From positions 45,699,743-45,763,742 of the forward strand of contig CM074515.1 of NCBI GenBank assembly GCA_037379345.1: a stretch of 64,000 nucleotides of DNA, written 5' to 3'. How positions within the stretch are numbered: the stretch's first letter is position 1; each line of letters begins with the position of its first letter. Below the pieces are notes generated by a model. That model worked only from the letters and a program-made list of their open reading frames with translations. It ran no database searches and had not been told where the DNA came from. The translations under genes and the position numbers were made by a program. This document shows, in pieces, positions 1-14,100 of the stretch. Source of the stretch: Perna viridis. Taxonomy: Eukaryota.

Positions 1-3000
1 ATGAATTTTCGCTATTTTAGTGTTGGACAAACAAGAGCGATAAATATAACATACAAAATGGATTTTTAAAGTGATGAAATTCTTATCATGTTTTTTCAGA
101 ATCATGATAAATTATACCCATGTTCAATTGATGGGATCTGCGAAAGTAAGTACCACAAAATTCAACAGGTCTACAGTATACTGTTTTACCCGTATCTTTC
201 TGTCTGCCTGTATCAAAGTTTTCACTATAGCAAAGTTTTCTTGAGGGGGGATATATAGAAATAAACCCTATCTGCCTGTCTTGGAAAACCACATGTAGAT
301 ATGCTTTGAAGGTCAGATGATTACTGTTGGAAGGCTTTGAATGAAATTAATTAAAGAGTTTTCCATTAAACATTTGACTCCCTTCAAAGATGGAGTATTC
401 TCTTTCTAAATTTGCTTTATATATATGATTAATTTAGCTGTACCATATCAGAAAATTTGATTTTTGGCTTGTTTGACAACAATGTTTACATATTAACCAT
501 ATGTTTTGGTATCACTAATCACACAGGTTTTCTTCATTTTTTTATTTCAATTAAAGTAGAAAATTCTATTTTTTTCTCTTTTTTGATTTTCTGAAATTAT
601 GGGAAATCTTTTTAATTAAATACTTTAATATTTTTTTTTATATATTTTAATATCTTTTGATAAATGATGATATCTATAATTATATAATTAAGAGTGTATT
701 TTATGATAGTAAATAACATTTTAAATTTTTAACATCCTTACTTATGACCTGATGATCTGTCTTTTATTAGGAACAAAAAATTCACTTCTTGGTATGTTGG
801 TTGTTTATTTTTGTTAAATTAATTTTATAAGACTTTATTTTTTTCTATTTCCTGGAAGATTTGATAAGTAACATGAAAATGTCAAGTAAATTTGATTAGT
901 TTAATTTAAAGCTGAAGGTTTTAGGGCTTTCAATGAATGTGCACTTCTGTTTAAGGACAGTCTATTTTCTTTTGTTTAAGGAGGTAGATTTAATGTAAGG
1001 GACACAACTCTTACAAATCATCAGAACGTTTGTATTCAGCATTTTACATCAATCTCATGTAAGCATCAAAGTAGCTTGGGTTGATTTCATTCTGTTTCAA
1101 ATGAAAGCTTGATAGGCTTTGGTGAAATTGAATATGATACAAACATCACTGATTTTTATACTTATGTCCCTTACCCAAGATCTACCTCCCTGAGGACAAT
1201 ATTTTTGTTTTGCTATGATCATCTTGGATAAATAAATTTGAGTAGAAATGTATCTGTGTACAAGGCCAAATGTGTCATATATGAAATTCATATAGTGCTT
1301 GATTCTTAAGATAATCATATGGTTATTATATAATGATTTACTTATAATAGTCATATGAATTTCATATGTTAATTTTGGTTTGGGAATATATGATAGTGAA
1401 AAACATGATTTTATGATAATCATGGGATAATCATATGTAAATTGAAACATGATTATCAAATCATGTTTGATTCTTATGATTATCACATGATTTAAACTTT
1501 ATGATACTCATGTTTGGCTTTTTTTGGCTTTGTTTATTATTGTTTTTTTTTTGTAGGATTTTTGTTGATTGTTTTGTCATGGATTAAAAAGGCAAACACA
1601 TCTCAATTGTCATAGTTGCTGGTCTTTCTTTGACTTAAAATTTTTCAAAAATGTGGAAATTATTTTAGAAACATAAAAAAATATACAGATATTCTAACTT
1701 ATTTTCTCTCAAATTTCAATTTTTTTATGGGCAAAAGAATGCCTTAGCTGTATTTATTCCTTCCTATTAGATAAAGAAAACTGTGAATGAATTTGTCAGA
1801 GATTTCCCCTGGGGAAACTTAACCATGGATTCAGATTTTTGTGATATAAGTATTATTATGTCATTAAAATTATAGGAAAGAAAGGCATGTTTTTAAAGCT
1901 AAAAATATGACTGTACCAATGTCAACATGAAATAGCTTTTTTGCACAAGTCTATTGATTAAAATGTAAAAACACAAAGTTAATCTGACTGATAAGATTGT
2001 GGGAGAATTCTGTCTTTGCCAACTAAGTAATGAAGCATTGTTTTGTTCTTTGGTTCATCTGTCTGTCCTTCCATCAAGAACACCATTTTGAGTTCTCTAG
2101 GATCAATAATAATCTATGAGTTACCAAACTTAGTGTGTAGTTAAGAATTTTTTGAAGGTCATATGTCATAGGTCAAGGTTACAGAACCAACTTTGTATAC
2201 AGCCAAAAAACATATTCTGCATTGGCCCTTTTTTGTTAGTGTTGTTTTTGGGCTGTAATGCTATCAACCACTGCAAAGATATATTTATTGTTTCTTAAAT
2301 TATTCTTCAAAATAGTATCAGGGCTTTGGGTAAGATATTACCTAGAAGAAAAGTGGTGGTAATATAGTTGAATACAAATAAAGTATTGCAGAAAATTCTC
2401 TTGTTAACTGTCATCTTCAGCAAACAATTTTTATATATTTTTATATAGTTTAATTGCATGGTACTTGATAAGAGTTATACTTCATAGAAGTTGATACTTA
2501 AGTCAGATAATTGCATGGTACTTGATAAGAGCTCTACTTCACCGAAGTTAATACTTAAGTAAGGTAATAGCAGATCCCTGCAGATAATACATCTGAACAA
2601 GGATGATACCAAAACTTAATTAAAAAACTATATCTGAAATTAAGTCATTGATTTTGAAGAATAAATGAAACTGAAGTTATTGTGAATGATCTATCTGCTG
2701 AAATGTCATCCTTTTAAATGTTTCATTGTGTGATTGATTGATAATCTTGTATGATAATTCCTCTTTTTTATGGAGTTGCATTCCTTTTTCATTGAGTAAA
2801 AGATGAAATATTAACTTCATTAGTAGAAATATTGTCTACATCTGTTTAAGAATGTTTTTTTTACTTTATATGGGTTTAATCAGCAGAAAAATATTTGATC
2901 TTTGTTAAGATTGGCTCTTGAAGTTATGTAATTTCTTCAACTTTAAAGAGATTAATTTCTCCTTTCATATCTTTGAGAGATAAGTTGAACTGTATTTTTT

Positions 3001-3219
3001 GCAAAAAATCATTGGAAAATAAAACCAAATGTCATGAAAACCTTGAAAAAGTGGTCCTTCCTTATTTGAATTTTTTACATGTTGAATTAATATTAAGAAT
3101 TTCAGAAAAATGTTTTTTGATGTAAGAAAGAGCAAAGAAGTACATTTTTTATTTGTACTATTGATGGAGAAAGCTAATAAATAAAAAATATGATATGATC
3201 AGATTTTCTTTTTCACCTA

Positions 3220-3605
3220 TTAAGTTAAAGTATTTGTAAGAATCAGGCAAAATGGGAATAATCAAAAACATGCATGTCAAAACCCCACCTATCTGACGAT
3301 ATAATTTCACTCAAGGATACCTTCTGTTTTTAATTTTTTTTTTATCTCTACATCATTGGATTTGCTCGTAAATTTTTCTATAGAATGTTAGAAAAATATG
3401 TTTTTGACAAAGTTATCTACCCTTTAAATGTTCATTTACAGTGTCTTTCAATAAATAATAACTCAATTTACCAATGTTTTATAGAAAATCTTGTCTTTTT
3501 TTCTTGATTCTGATGGTACAAATAGTTGAATTAAACTTTCAAAATGGTGTTTTTTTCATACCATGTTTCACCGACTGCCTGATTCTTAAAGAGACTTACA
3601 CTTAA
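3220..3605 (+). mobile_element. Non-autonomous TTAA-flanked DNA transposon (MITE family A, copy 1)
   Basis: TTAA at both ends. Imperfect TIRs contain TAAGAATCAGGCA / TGCCTGATTCTTA. Colinear with 32173-32558 and, inverted, with 29613-29979. Confidence 0.8.
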
Positions 3606-3979
3606 CTTGATATCTCTGACGTTAGTAAAATTTAAAGATCAAAATTATTATTTGTAGGAATTCATTGACCCTTATGTTATTTCTTCTCAAGTATAAAAAT
3701 ATATTGTATTTTATGGCAGAAGTAAATCTGATAAAAGTACAGATAAAGAAAAAGATTGACATTGTAAGATGTAAACCAAAAAACAAGTGAATACAAAAAT
3801 TATGGAATAAAGTCGTGTTAAAGTTGTGTGATGTTGAATTATATGATAACTTATCTTTAAGTTCTTAAAAATTCTATAACATATTAGTACAAGTCTCTGT
3901 AAAAATAAGGCCTTTGTGTAACTTGGTAAGGCAAAATGACAAGGTACCCTTCATTTTGATGTGTAGGGCAACTGCTATT

Positions 3980-5290
3980 GAATAGGAGGGTATTTTGCAA
4001 GGCCACCTATTTTGAGTGGTAGTGAGTTGTAGGGTATTTTACAAGGCCACCAATTTTGAGTATCACAGAGTATTAAGGCATTTTCCTTAAGCACTAGTTC
4101 TGAATGTCACTGAATGGCAAAGTATTTTACCAGGACACCAATTCTGAATATTACTTAATAGAAGGGCACTCTCCCAAAGCACTATTTTAAATATTATTGA
4201 ATAGCAGAGCATTTTACTAGGGCACCAATTCTGAATATTACTTAATAGTAGGACACACTCCCAAAGCATGAATTTTGCATATTACTAAATAGCAGGGCAT
4301 TTTACAAGGGCATCAATTCGTAATATTACTGAATGGCAAAACATTTTGCCAGGACACCAATTCTGAATATAACTGAATGGCAGAGCATTTTACCAGAGTT
4401 CCAATTCTGAATATTACTGAATGACTGACCATTTTACAAGGGCACCAATTCGTAATATTACTGAATGGCAGAGCATTTTACCAGGGCTCCACTTCTGAAT
4501 ATTACTGAATGGCTGATCATTTTACCAGGGCTCCAATTCTGAATATTACTGAATGGCAGAGCATTTTATCAGAATTCCAATTCTGAATGTTACTGAATGG
4601 CAGAGCATTTTACAAGGGCACCAATTCATAATATTACTGAATGGCAGAGCATTTTACCAGGGCTTCAATTCTGAATGTCACCGAATGGCAGAGCATTTTA
4701 TCAGGGTCCCAATTCTGAATATTACTGAATGGCAGAGCATTTTACCAGGGTCCCAATTCTGAATATTACTGAATGGCAGAGCATTTTACAAGGGCACCAA
4801 TTTGTACTATTAATGAATGGCAGAACATTTTACCAGGGTCCCAATTTTGAATATTACTGAATGGCAGAACATTTTACAAGGGCACCAATTTGTAATATTA
4901 CTGAATGGCAGAACATTTTACCAGGGCTCCAGTTCATAATATTACTGAATGGCAGAGCATTTTACCAGGGTCCCAATTCTGAATATTACTGAGTGGCAGA
5001 GCATTTTACCAGGGCTTCAATTCTGAATATTACTGAATGGCAGAACATTTTACAAGGGCACCAATTTGTAATATTACTGTAAGGCAGAACATTTTACAAG
5101 GGCTCCATTTCATAATATTACTGAATGCAGAGCATTTTACCAGGGTCCCATTCTGAATATTACTGAGTGGCAGAGCATTTTACCAGGGCTTCAATTCTGA
5201 ATATTACTGAATGGCAGAGCATTTTACCAGGGCTTCAATTCTGAATGTTATACAATAACTGATTATTTTACCAGGGCACAAATTTGAGTG
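3980..5290. repeat. 44-bp minisatellite (aattctgaatattactgaatggcagagcattttaccagggtccc), roughly 29 units
   Basis: Periodicity visible directly (e.g. ctga at 4857 and 4901). Edges are degenerate. Confidence 0.95.
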
Positions 5291-6510
5291 TATTTTACAG
5301 TTGTTGATTTGCTATTATCAATTTTTTCTACAAAAATGGATTTGTTTTTCTACCATCAACATCTTATATTATAAAAATGATGCAATAAATTGTGTTTTTT
5401 TATGGTAACTTCCTGAATCTCAGGTGTGTTGTGGCTTTGTTTATTTAATAAGTTTTATTTTCTTATTATTTTAGAAAATATTGATTAGAAAGTAGAGATA
5501 TTAAATTTCCTTGCTGTGAAATTTTCAAGACTGTCTTTTTGTCGTATACCAAAGTTATATGATAACTGAATAAATGTTCAGAAATCCAATTGCAATTATT
5601 CAAATCACAGTTTACTATACCCCCACTAAACAACTTGGTGGTACATTGAAAATAACCTTGTCTATCCATCTGTCCAATTTTATTGTTGCAGTTATTGTGA
5701 CTCTAAATGGATAGATTTCAAATGTGGTATTGTAAACCATACTTTTCAGATACTGATATCTTTTTCACTGAGTTAATTGTAATTAGCAGGACACAAAACT
5801 TATTTAATTAATTTTAGATGAAAGTCTTGTGTTGATGTATTGAAAAAGTTTCTTTTTGTTGTTTTGTTTATTTTTGTTTATTTTTTTGGGGGGAGGTGGG
5901 TGGGTGGGTGGGTGGGATGGGGGTGACCTTCAGACTTACTTGTTTTGATGTTGTTAATTACAGAAAAAATAGAAAACTCATTTAAAGTCTATGTTTAATA
6001 CTTGTTTTAAATTACTTTATAAATAATGACTACACAGATTATATAAAGTAAAAAATGAAAATTTAAGTCATACTCCAAATAAAAAAAAACCTAATATCAG
6101 TTGATCCTTAATTAATTCTGAAACTAATGCCTTAAGTTAGGAAAACTATAGAGTTCTTCAAGGATGGTTACCCTTTTATTGCTGCATGCATACTTGTTGC
6201 GATGTAATCATCTCAGTTCTTATAAACAAGAAAAAATGATAAAAGTGTTGAGAGTACAAAAGTGTGAAATTTATTTTAAGGCACCCCTACAATTATAGAA
6301 AATATTCTTCAATTTTTTATTGCAGATTTCCATTTGAGTTAGTTCCACTTTATGCTTGTATTATCATGTTAAATTTCAGGATGTAACTGGTGAGAAACTT
6401 TGTAAATGTCAAACCAATCTGTCTTTGCTGTGGTGATACTATTCCTTGCTAAGACATGAACCAACTTAAAAAAATTAAATCTTGCAGTTTGAATCTTAAC
6501 TAGATAGATA

Positions 6511-7412
6511 TTAAGTACCATTCTGTGTAAGAATCAGGCAATGGGTGGCACATCATATTTCGTAATTTGGTCTTTTTTTGGCACAAATATATTCAATATA
6601 TCTAGAAAACAACTGAAAACCTATTTAAATTTATCCTGAAGCATTTGTGACGTAGATATTTTTTGACTGCTTATTTAAGGAAAAAGTGTGGGAAAATTTT
6701 CCCACCATTTTTCCATATTGCATTTCAACTAAATTTGACCTATCAGTATCTTTAAAAGGCGAATTTAACAATCACTTTGATGGTTATTCTGGATTGTTTG
6801 TTTGTTTGTTTGTTGGGGTTTAATGTCCGAGCAGCAATATTTCAGCTATATTCAGACAATGAACATGAAATGATAAAAAAAAAAAAGGATGGGTCACAAG
6901 GACAACAGGGTCGACAAATTTTGATTGCCACTAGAAAAAGGGGGGATGGGTAAGGTCGGGCAATTTAGCCTCCTGTGGCAGAGCGCAAAGGTTCCTACTC
7001 CTATCGAATACCACAGCAGGGTTCTTTAACGTGCGAGGAACGTGGCATCTTTCCCAAAACGGTGCACCACTATGGTTTGCGGTCAGGTTTTCCGTATTAT
7101 AGCCTGACAACCCCAGCATGTAACATGCCAGGGGTACCCCATTCCACCACCTGGGGCACACATCCCAGTTGCTCTGTGGGCAGAGCGCCTAGCCCCCGGC
7201 TAGGTTTCTGAGCACTATTTAGTCGCCTTTTACAACAAGCTTAGCGCTGCTGCAGGCCTATTCTTTTGACACCCGGACCTGCACGGGGCGGTTATTCTGG
7301 AAGTTATCAGATATAATTAGTTGGTTAATGCAATAAAATCTCTGTTTTTTTTTCCTATAAGTGCCACACCTGATACACATTTTGCCTGACTCTTAGACGG
7401 AGAAGTACTTAA
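6511..7412 (+). mobile_element. TTAA-flanked MITE (family B) interrupted by a retroposon
   Basis: Ends ttaagtaccattctgtgtaagaatcaggcaa ... ttgcctgactcttagacggagaagtacttaa. Uninterrupted sister copy at 33469-33859. Confidence 0.85.
6794..7289 (-). mobile_element. SINE-like non-autonomous retroposon, ~496 bp, with (AAAC)n tail
   Basis: 12-bp TSD ggttattctgga (6782-6793 and 7290-7301), GC-rich body, (tgtt)n on + strand. The site is empty in the sister MITE. Confidence 0.88.
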
Positions 7413-10400
7413 AAACTCGAGTGCATATTTTTGAAAATAAAGGTAGTTGTTTTTATAATGAAGTTACTTTCAGACTTGGTTGTTTTTTTTTCTGCCATAA
7501 TGTCATTCATGCATGGTTAGGTTACTTTATTTCATTTTTCCAAACTTTTGAATAACTCCTTGATTGCATGAGTGCAAATTTTTATTTGTCTGCTACATAG
7601 TTCATTTGAGTACTGGAATTTTACAATTTGGGTGACTTTGAGAGAATCCAATCATATGCAAATCACTGAAAAAAATATACAATGTATTCATGAAGAATTT
7701 GAGTCAATATTTTTGCCCTCTGTACCAGTAAGCTTATAACGAAAACTTAAGTGGTTGAAGTCTTTAAAGGACTAAAAAAATAATCTGTTGTTTCAAAACT
7801 TCAAGCTATCATTCATTAAAACCCTGGACTGAAAGCATTTGGCTTATTGAGATTATCATCGTAGACAGTATTACAGAGTTTAAAATTAATGAGATAAAAT
7901 TCAATTTTGCAAACAATGTGACTGGGTCATAATTGCAGTATTTAAAATTTTAAGATGAAAATGAAGTTGATTTTTTTATTATTATTTTTTTTTTGTTTTG
8001 AATTTGGCCACTACTTTCCTGATTTGGTTCAGGTATTTCAAAGAAACCAGGTTATTACATTTTCTACTTGGCTTCCCTTACCAAGGGTGAAAATATAGGT
8101 TAAGTACAGTGTATATTTTTTTTAATATAATCTCTCTTTATTTTATCTCTTGAAATATCATGCTTAGTTAGTCTTTGTAAGAATCATGCAAAGTCTGTAA
8201 TATGTGATACACCCCCAGAAAAGCTAGACGTTTTTAATTTTGTTTTTGAATTGCTTAATAGGTCTGTATGATGAAATATATAATTATTCATTCCAATGTG
8301 TCTGCTCTTAGGAGATAATCCACATTGAAAATCCAACAGTTTCAATTGTATTTTAGTGTCATTTACAGAGTTATCTCCCATAATTTTGCATTCTACAACA
8401 TATTCTATATAATTTTTATCTCCTAAGAACAAGGGTTAAATGAAAAGCCACATTTTAATTTCTGTTTACTGTGATATTTGAAATAAAACATCAGGAATGA
8501 AAAAAATATAGGCTTTACAACCATGAATCACATTTTTCATGATTATAATCTTGGGTGCTACTTAATGTCTAAGGTGACCTTTTCTTTTCCAGAACTAATT
8601 CATTAGGCCATCGTCAATTTTATTTCTTGAATTACTTGTACGAAATTAAAACATATTTTATCATTTTTTACACTATAGAACAACAAAGTTAAAAATCTAC
8701 TGAAAGGTCTACACTATAGAACAACAAAGTTAAAAATCTACTGAAAGGTCAGGTCTGATCATGTTATATAGCCATAAAGCATGGTCTGAATGTGTCCTTA
8801 TTTTCCTTTCATCTTATTGAGGAATAATTTCCTTTCTCAGCAGCATTATTAGTGTGAGGAGGGAAATGGTATCTTAAATGTGAAGATGTGTGCTGTGTTG
8901 TCAATGAAAAAGCTGACAGAGTATTGTAAATAGACTTTCATTGGTCATCTTAACTCCTCAGTGTTTTTTACTTTCTTGAGCCATATAGGTTTTAGAATCA
9001 GTGGATGATGACCTGGCAATAGATATGGTCTTTCCTTGATTACAATCAAATTGGTTGAACTATAAGGAAGGGTGAGGTTTGGTGCACTTTAAAACATAAT
9101 TCAACCCACCTTTCATTTTAAAATGCCAGTACCAAATCAGGACCATTGCAGTAGTTTTCAACTTACTGGTTTTCACCCCGGTATTGCCATTTGTTTTATG
9201 TACCTTCCTTTTAGAATATTCCTTTTCACTACTGCATAGATTTAATCAGTTTGATATATAAGTTTGTTGTTACCCTACATTGCTGAATACAGATGATCAC
9301 TGACAGATTTTTATGTATGTGACAATCACCTGATGAACTTTATAAGGTAGCCAACTGGACAATTTAGAAAAAGTTTTACACTTTATATTAGACAAGTTAA
9401 TGATTCACAACCTGAGACAGTTCACTTTATCAGGTAAGACCAAATCTATTGAGTGAACATCACCACTGTATGGGCTGTAAAATAAGCTTTAATATAGAGG
9501 GATATAGCATTCCTTTCATAGAAGGAATCTGAATACATGTACTTTATTTTTATTGTGTAACTACAGTACATTGTCAGTTTCTATGTGAAGACTTGACATT
9601 TTTAACCATTACCAGAAGTGTTCAACTTTACTTTGGTTTAAATCTCTTTGGTACATTGTTAGTGAAGTAGCTCAGTTTTTTTTAAAGAACTTTGTTTTTA
9701 CAACAGTATTTTCTCTTTCTTTTGACTGGATACTATGGCAGGAATTAGACATGATAAAAGAATATGTCCCACTTAAACATTGAAAGTGTTAGAACTTTTC
9801 CTTTGAAATGATAATTTCGGTTAATTGAATATTTTTTTCTGACCAGTTAAAAAGTCCACTGTAATTTTATTTTATTTTTTTTTTTCATGATCTGTGAAAA
9901 TATGTGTAAGTTTCTGTTGCAATTTCCATTATCAGGTATTTTAACATTGATTTAAGAGCATATAAAATTTCTAGGTCAGGACTAATGATGTTCATTGACA
10001 AAGCAGTATTGCTATTTTCAATTACTCTTACATTTTTGTCACATTGAACTTGGAACTCTTATGAAATTTTGATGATGCATTGTACTGTACGAATTAATTT
10101 TGTGGTGTATTTTGGGTTACTGCTTACCCCATATCAACCTGTAAATTAGTATAATTTATAATTCTGCACTGACTAAAACATTAGAACTCTACTATATGTA
10201 CGTCTTTTATCTCTGGGTGACGAAGGAACATATTTCTTCTAGTTTCTCTGCGATCAGATTATTTCATTGTGTTGCACTTAAGAGAATTCTGAATTAATAT
10301 TTTTAAGAAGTAGATCAGAGGTTTCATTGTTTGTTTTTGATCACATTTTCTTTTTTAATGCCTGTGTTTTTATGGAAAATTGATCTTTAAAGAAAGAGAA

Positions 10401-10831
10401 TGATATTAGTCAAAATTGGAATTACTAAGACGTTGTTATAAACATGTTAGAAACATTACCTTATTTGGAAAATAGGACGAACAAAAAAATTTACTAAATG
10501 AAATATTTTAACTTGGAACCAATCAACAGACAACAGAAATATTGAACAAGTTTTACATTTTCAGGGCATGCAAGTAAAGCTCTTTCCTTATTCAAAGTAA
10601 TGGCCATACTTAATTCCTTAACTCTTGGTACAAGGTTGTTTTTTTTTACAATACTTTTTAAATGATAACATATTCATATTTCATTTAATGCCCACATACA
10701 CTTTGCAACAAATATTTAATTTGACAAGGAAGATGACTCAAGCAAAACAAGTTGACTCACATAATGCCATCAACACAAACATTACTCTAAATTATGTGCA
10801 GGATTATTCTACCTTTTCAAGTAAAGAACTA

Positions 10832-11140
10832 TCCTGTCTGTCTGTCAGCTGTCAGTTTGTCTGCTTGTCAGTCTGTCTGTTAATCTGTCAGTTTGTCTGC
10901 TTGTCAGTCTGTCTGTTAATCTGTCAGTCAGTTTGACTGCCTGACTGTCTGTTTGTCAGTCTGTCTGCCAGTCTGTCTGCTAGTCTGTCTGTCTGTCAAT
11001 CACTCTGTCTGTCTGCCAGCTTTCAGTCTGTCTGTTTGTCAACTGTCAGTCTATCTGATGGTCAGTCTCTGTCCATCTGTCTGTCTGTCTGTCAGTTGTC
11101 AGTCTGTCCATCTGCCTGTCTGTCTGTCCAGTCTTCTGTC
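10832..11140. repeat. Degenerate (CTGT)n microsatellite
   Basis: Runs of gtct/ctgt/gtca. Explains ORFs 10625, 10953 and 11046. Confidence 0.9.
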
Positions 11141-14100
11141 CTCCTATCTTCTTGTAATGTGATGGATTTGCGTACAAGTATAAACTGTTTGACCTGACAA
11201 CTAAGTGAAAGTGATGTAAATGTTTTTTCATTTGAATATAAAACTCATGAAAAACTTGTCTAGGTCTTAGTTGCAATGATATGTGTCAAAATTGAAACTG
11301 CCTGTATATAATGTATAACGAGAATAGGTATGATGAATATGTCAAAGAGACAACAACCCCACCGGGATGAAAATGTCAGCCCAAGGCCACCTATTGGTCT
11401 TCAATTAACAATGAGGAAACCACTGTGCAGGCTGCAGCTGGCCCCAAAACATCATTATACACACATGCAGCAAAATAGTTGCCCCTTAATACTCAAGTAA
11501 CATGAAAATCTAAAGGTGAAAACAGAACAAGGAATACAAATGCCAGAAACTATTGACTTAAGACAGGTGTTAAAGTACTTAGGCATGGTGACAACCCTCC
11601 CCTTTATAATCTGGCCAATTTGGAAAGAATGTTACACAATTAAACGTACCTGAAAATCAGTTCAAAAAGGTCTGAGTCACTTGTTACAACAGAAATAAAG
11701 AAACTGAATATAAATTACACAAATGTGCAAACCAAGGACTACCAGCAGTTAACTGACATGCCATTTCCAGACAAGTTTAAACTAAAAAAGTTATATCCCG
11801 ATTGTATGAAAAATCAATGCCAATTCTAACAATGCAGGATGGAGAACCATAGTACATCATAACTACATTCAAAGATCATGGCTGGAATCCAAAGTAATGA
11901 TCAACCTTGCTTGTGGTACAAGGAGAAATTTATGTGAAGGATCAAACATATGTATATTAAAAAACCTAAATAAGTATTCATAAAATAATTTGGCTTACCG
12001 AATTCAAATTTTTTTTTTTTACCTGCACAAGCTGTTTGTTGTACAAACATGCTAATTCTTCAAAATTTTTAATTCAAATTTAAATCATTTTATGTGAAGG
12101 TGGTCCTTTTTGTTTGTCCTTTAGACTTTTCATCTGATTGTGGACATGAATAATTAGAAGAATGTTTCTTCTTTGACTTATCAATTACTCACAAATAAAG
12201 TTGAATGTACTGTTTTAACTAATGTTTAAACAAGACCATATGAAGAAAACACCATTAAAATGCTTTAATGCTGTAAAATTTAAATAATTGTTATTCCTGT
12301 GCATATATTGTAATGAAAATATATGACTGGCAAACTTGGATTGTTTTTATCTCCAAGTTTGGTGGGCGGCTTATTTTTTAGTAATTAGGCCTGATACACC
12401 TCCTTTTAATTTAATTACAGTTAGAATCATTCTGTGTACCGGTAGTACAAGAAAGAAAAAAAGAAAAATAAGATAATTCTGAAAGAAAATTCAGTTAAAA
12501 ATGTTTTTTTTTTTTTAAGGTATAGGACAATGAACTAAAAAAGCAGGATGCTTAGAAGCCTAAGACTTAGGTTATTGAGAAAAAGTTTAGATTAAAAATG
12601 AAATAAAGAAAATATGCATTACAATATAACAAAAATACCATAAAGCTCCTATGATATTAATCTAAAATTTTATATAATTATAGAAATGTCAAGAACAATA
12701 TATTAAAACAAAAGAGTCAAGTCCCTTCCCCTTAATCTACAGTACCTTTTTATCCTCGCTCCATTATGTTGCATTGGGATGTCATGTCCATATCATCCTT
12801 AGGAAAACTCGAGATTCAACATCCTTCAATAGATTTTTAGCTAACCATAGCTTTTACTTAGTCTCAATACATATGTAGATTTTTAATGATTTTCAATGTT
12901 ATAGGTCAAATGTCAAGCCACAGACAAGGTCACTGCACTGTTGCATCTTATTTATTATGGTGGAGGGACATTTTATTTCTTGTTGACCTTATTTTTCTTT
13001 TAATGTTTAATTATTTCATTTTTTATCAATTACTTCTTGTTTCAAGCATTTAGAATTAAGATGACACTTGTAATACAGTTTGATACTTTCATTCTAATGT
13101 GACTGTCAAAAAAATCTGTGAAAAATTTAAAATCTTGGAAATAACAACTGTGCATTCATAAAAATCCTGAGGCAGTCATTCTTGGACTTTGTACTCTGCA
13201 ATTAATGACATTATCCTATGATATGAGGTTTTATAAAGAATATTGCATTTAAGTTTTTCATGGATATTTAGCATAGTGCAAATTTTATTAAGGAAACATA
13301 ATTTTATAATGATATTCACTGGCATTGGACAGTTACATTTTATGGCTGTTTTTTTTTTATAATCATGAGAAATAATTTCTCACACAAATAGAATTCGAAA
13401 ATTTTATACAAAATAAAGTACCAGTTTGAAGTGAAATAACATAATCATGATCATGTGAAGCTCACATGAATTTCACATTAAGTTTAACTCACACAAATAT
13501 CTCTTAAATTGTTTTTTATTGTATTGTTATAAATGTACTACTTAGACCATCTGAAAATAACGATTTTGCCAAAATAAAAATATTTTTAAGCATATCAGAA
13601 TAAGCAGGCACTTCTGGAATAAAATTCCACTGTGATCATGGGATGGTTGTTCGTAATGTTATCCCTTGGATAAAGAATTATCTGCTTATGATTTTATTGC
13701 TATCCGTGTAGATTGTAATACACTTATCCAGTGAATAACTTTTGTCCAACAAAAAAACATTTTGAAAAACCAGGCTGTGCAGTAACTAATTAATTTAATC
13801 AAATAATTATGATGTAAATATGATACAAAATAAGATAAAATATAAAAAAAAAAACAGAAAAACAATAAAAAAAAACCAAAAATATCTAATCTGATGAAAA
13901 TACCTAAAATTTAAAATAATTTCTATTCATTAAGTAACTACCTTACCTGTGTGTGGTTATAATCCGTAATACTCATTTTAGGTAAGTTAGGCAATTTTGT
14001 CCTCTTTAATTAAACTTATTGTAGTCTTAAAAAGTATTTCTTCCCATAGATTTATTTGATGTCTTTCCTTGTTAATTAAGCTCCTTCTTAATCTTGAACT

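Noticed and set aside
1097-1486. 129-aa minus-strand ORF
   Set aside because: Low-complexity ATCAT/ATGAT-rich repeat region with biased composition and no recognisable homology.
6931-7211. ORFs on both strands in the GC-rich island
   Set aside because: They lie inside the TSD-bounded non-coding retroposon and show no recognisable domain.
8669-8750. Short perfect tandem duplications (also ~2450-2560, ~40797-40878, ~48866-48963, ~53805-53921)
   Set aside because: Real but ordinary two-copy local duplications with no functional context.
11320-11900. Probable old interspersed repeat
   Set aside because: It resembles bivalve repeats from memory, but there is no second copy, TIR or TSD in the window to support boundaries.
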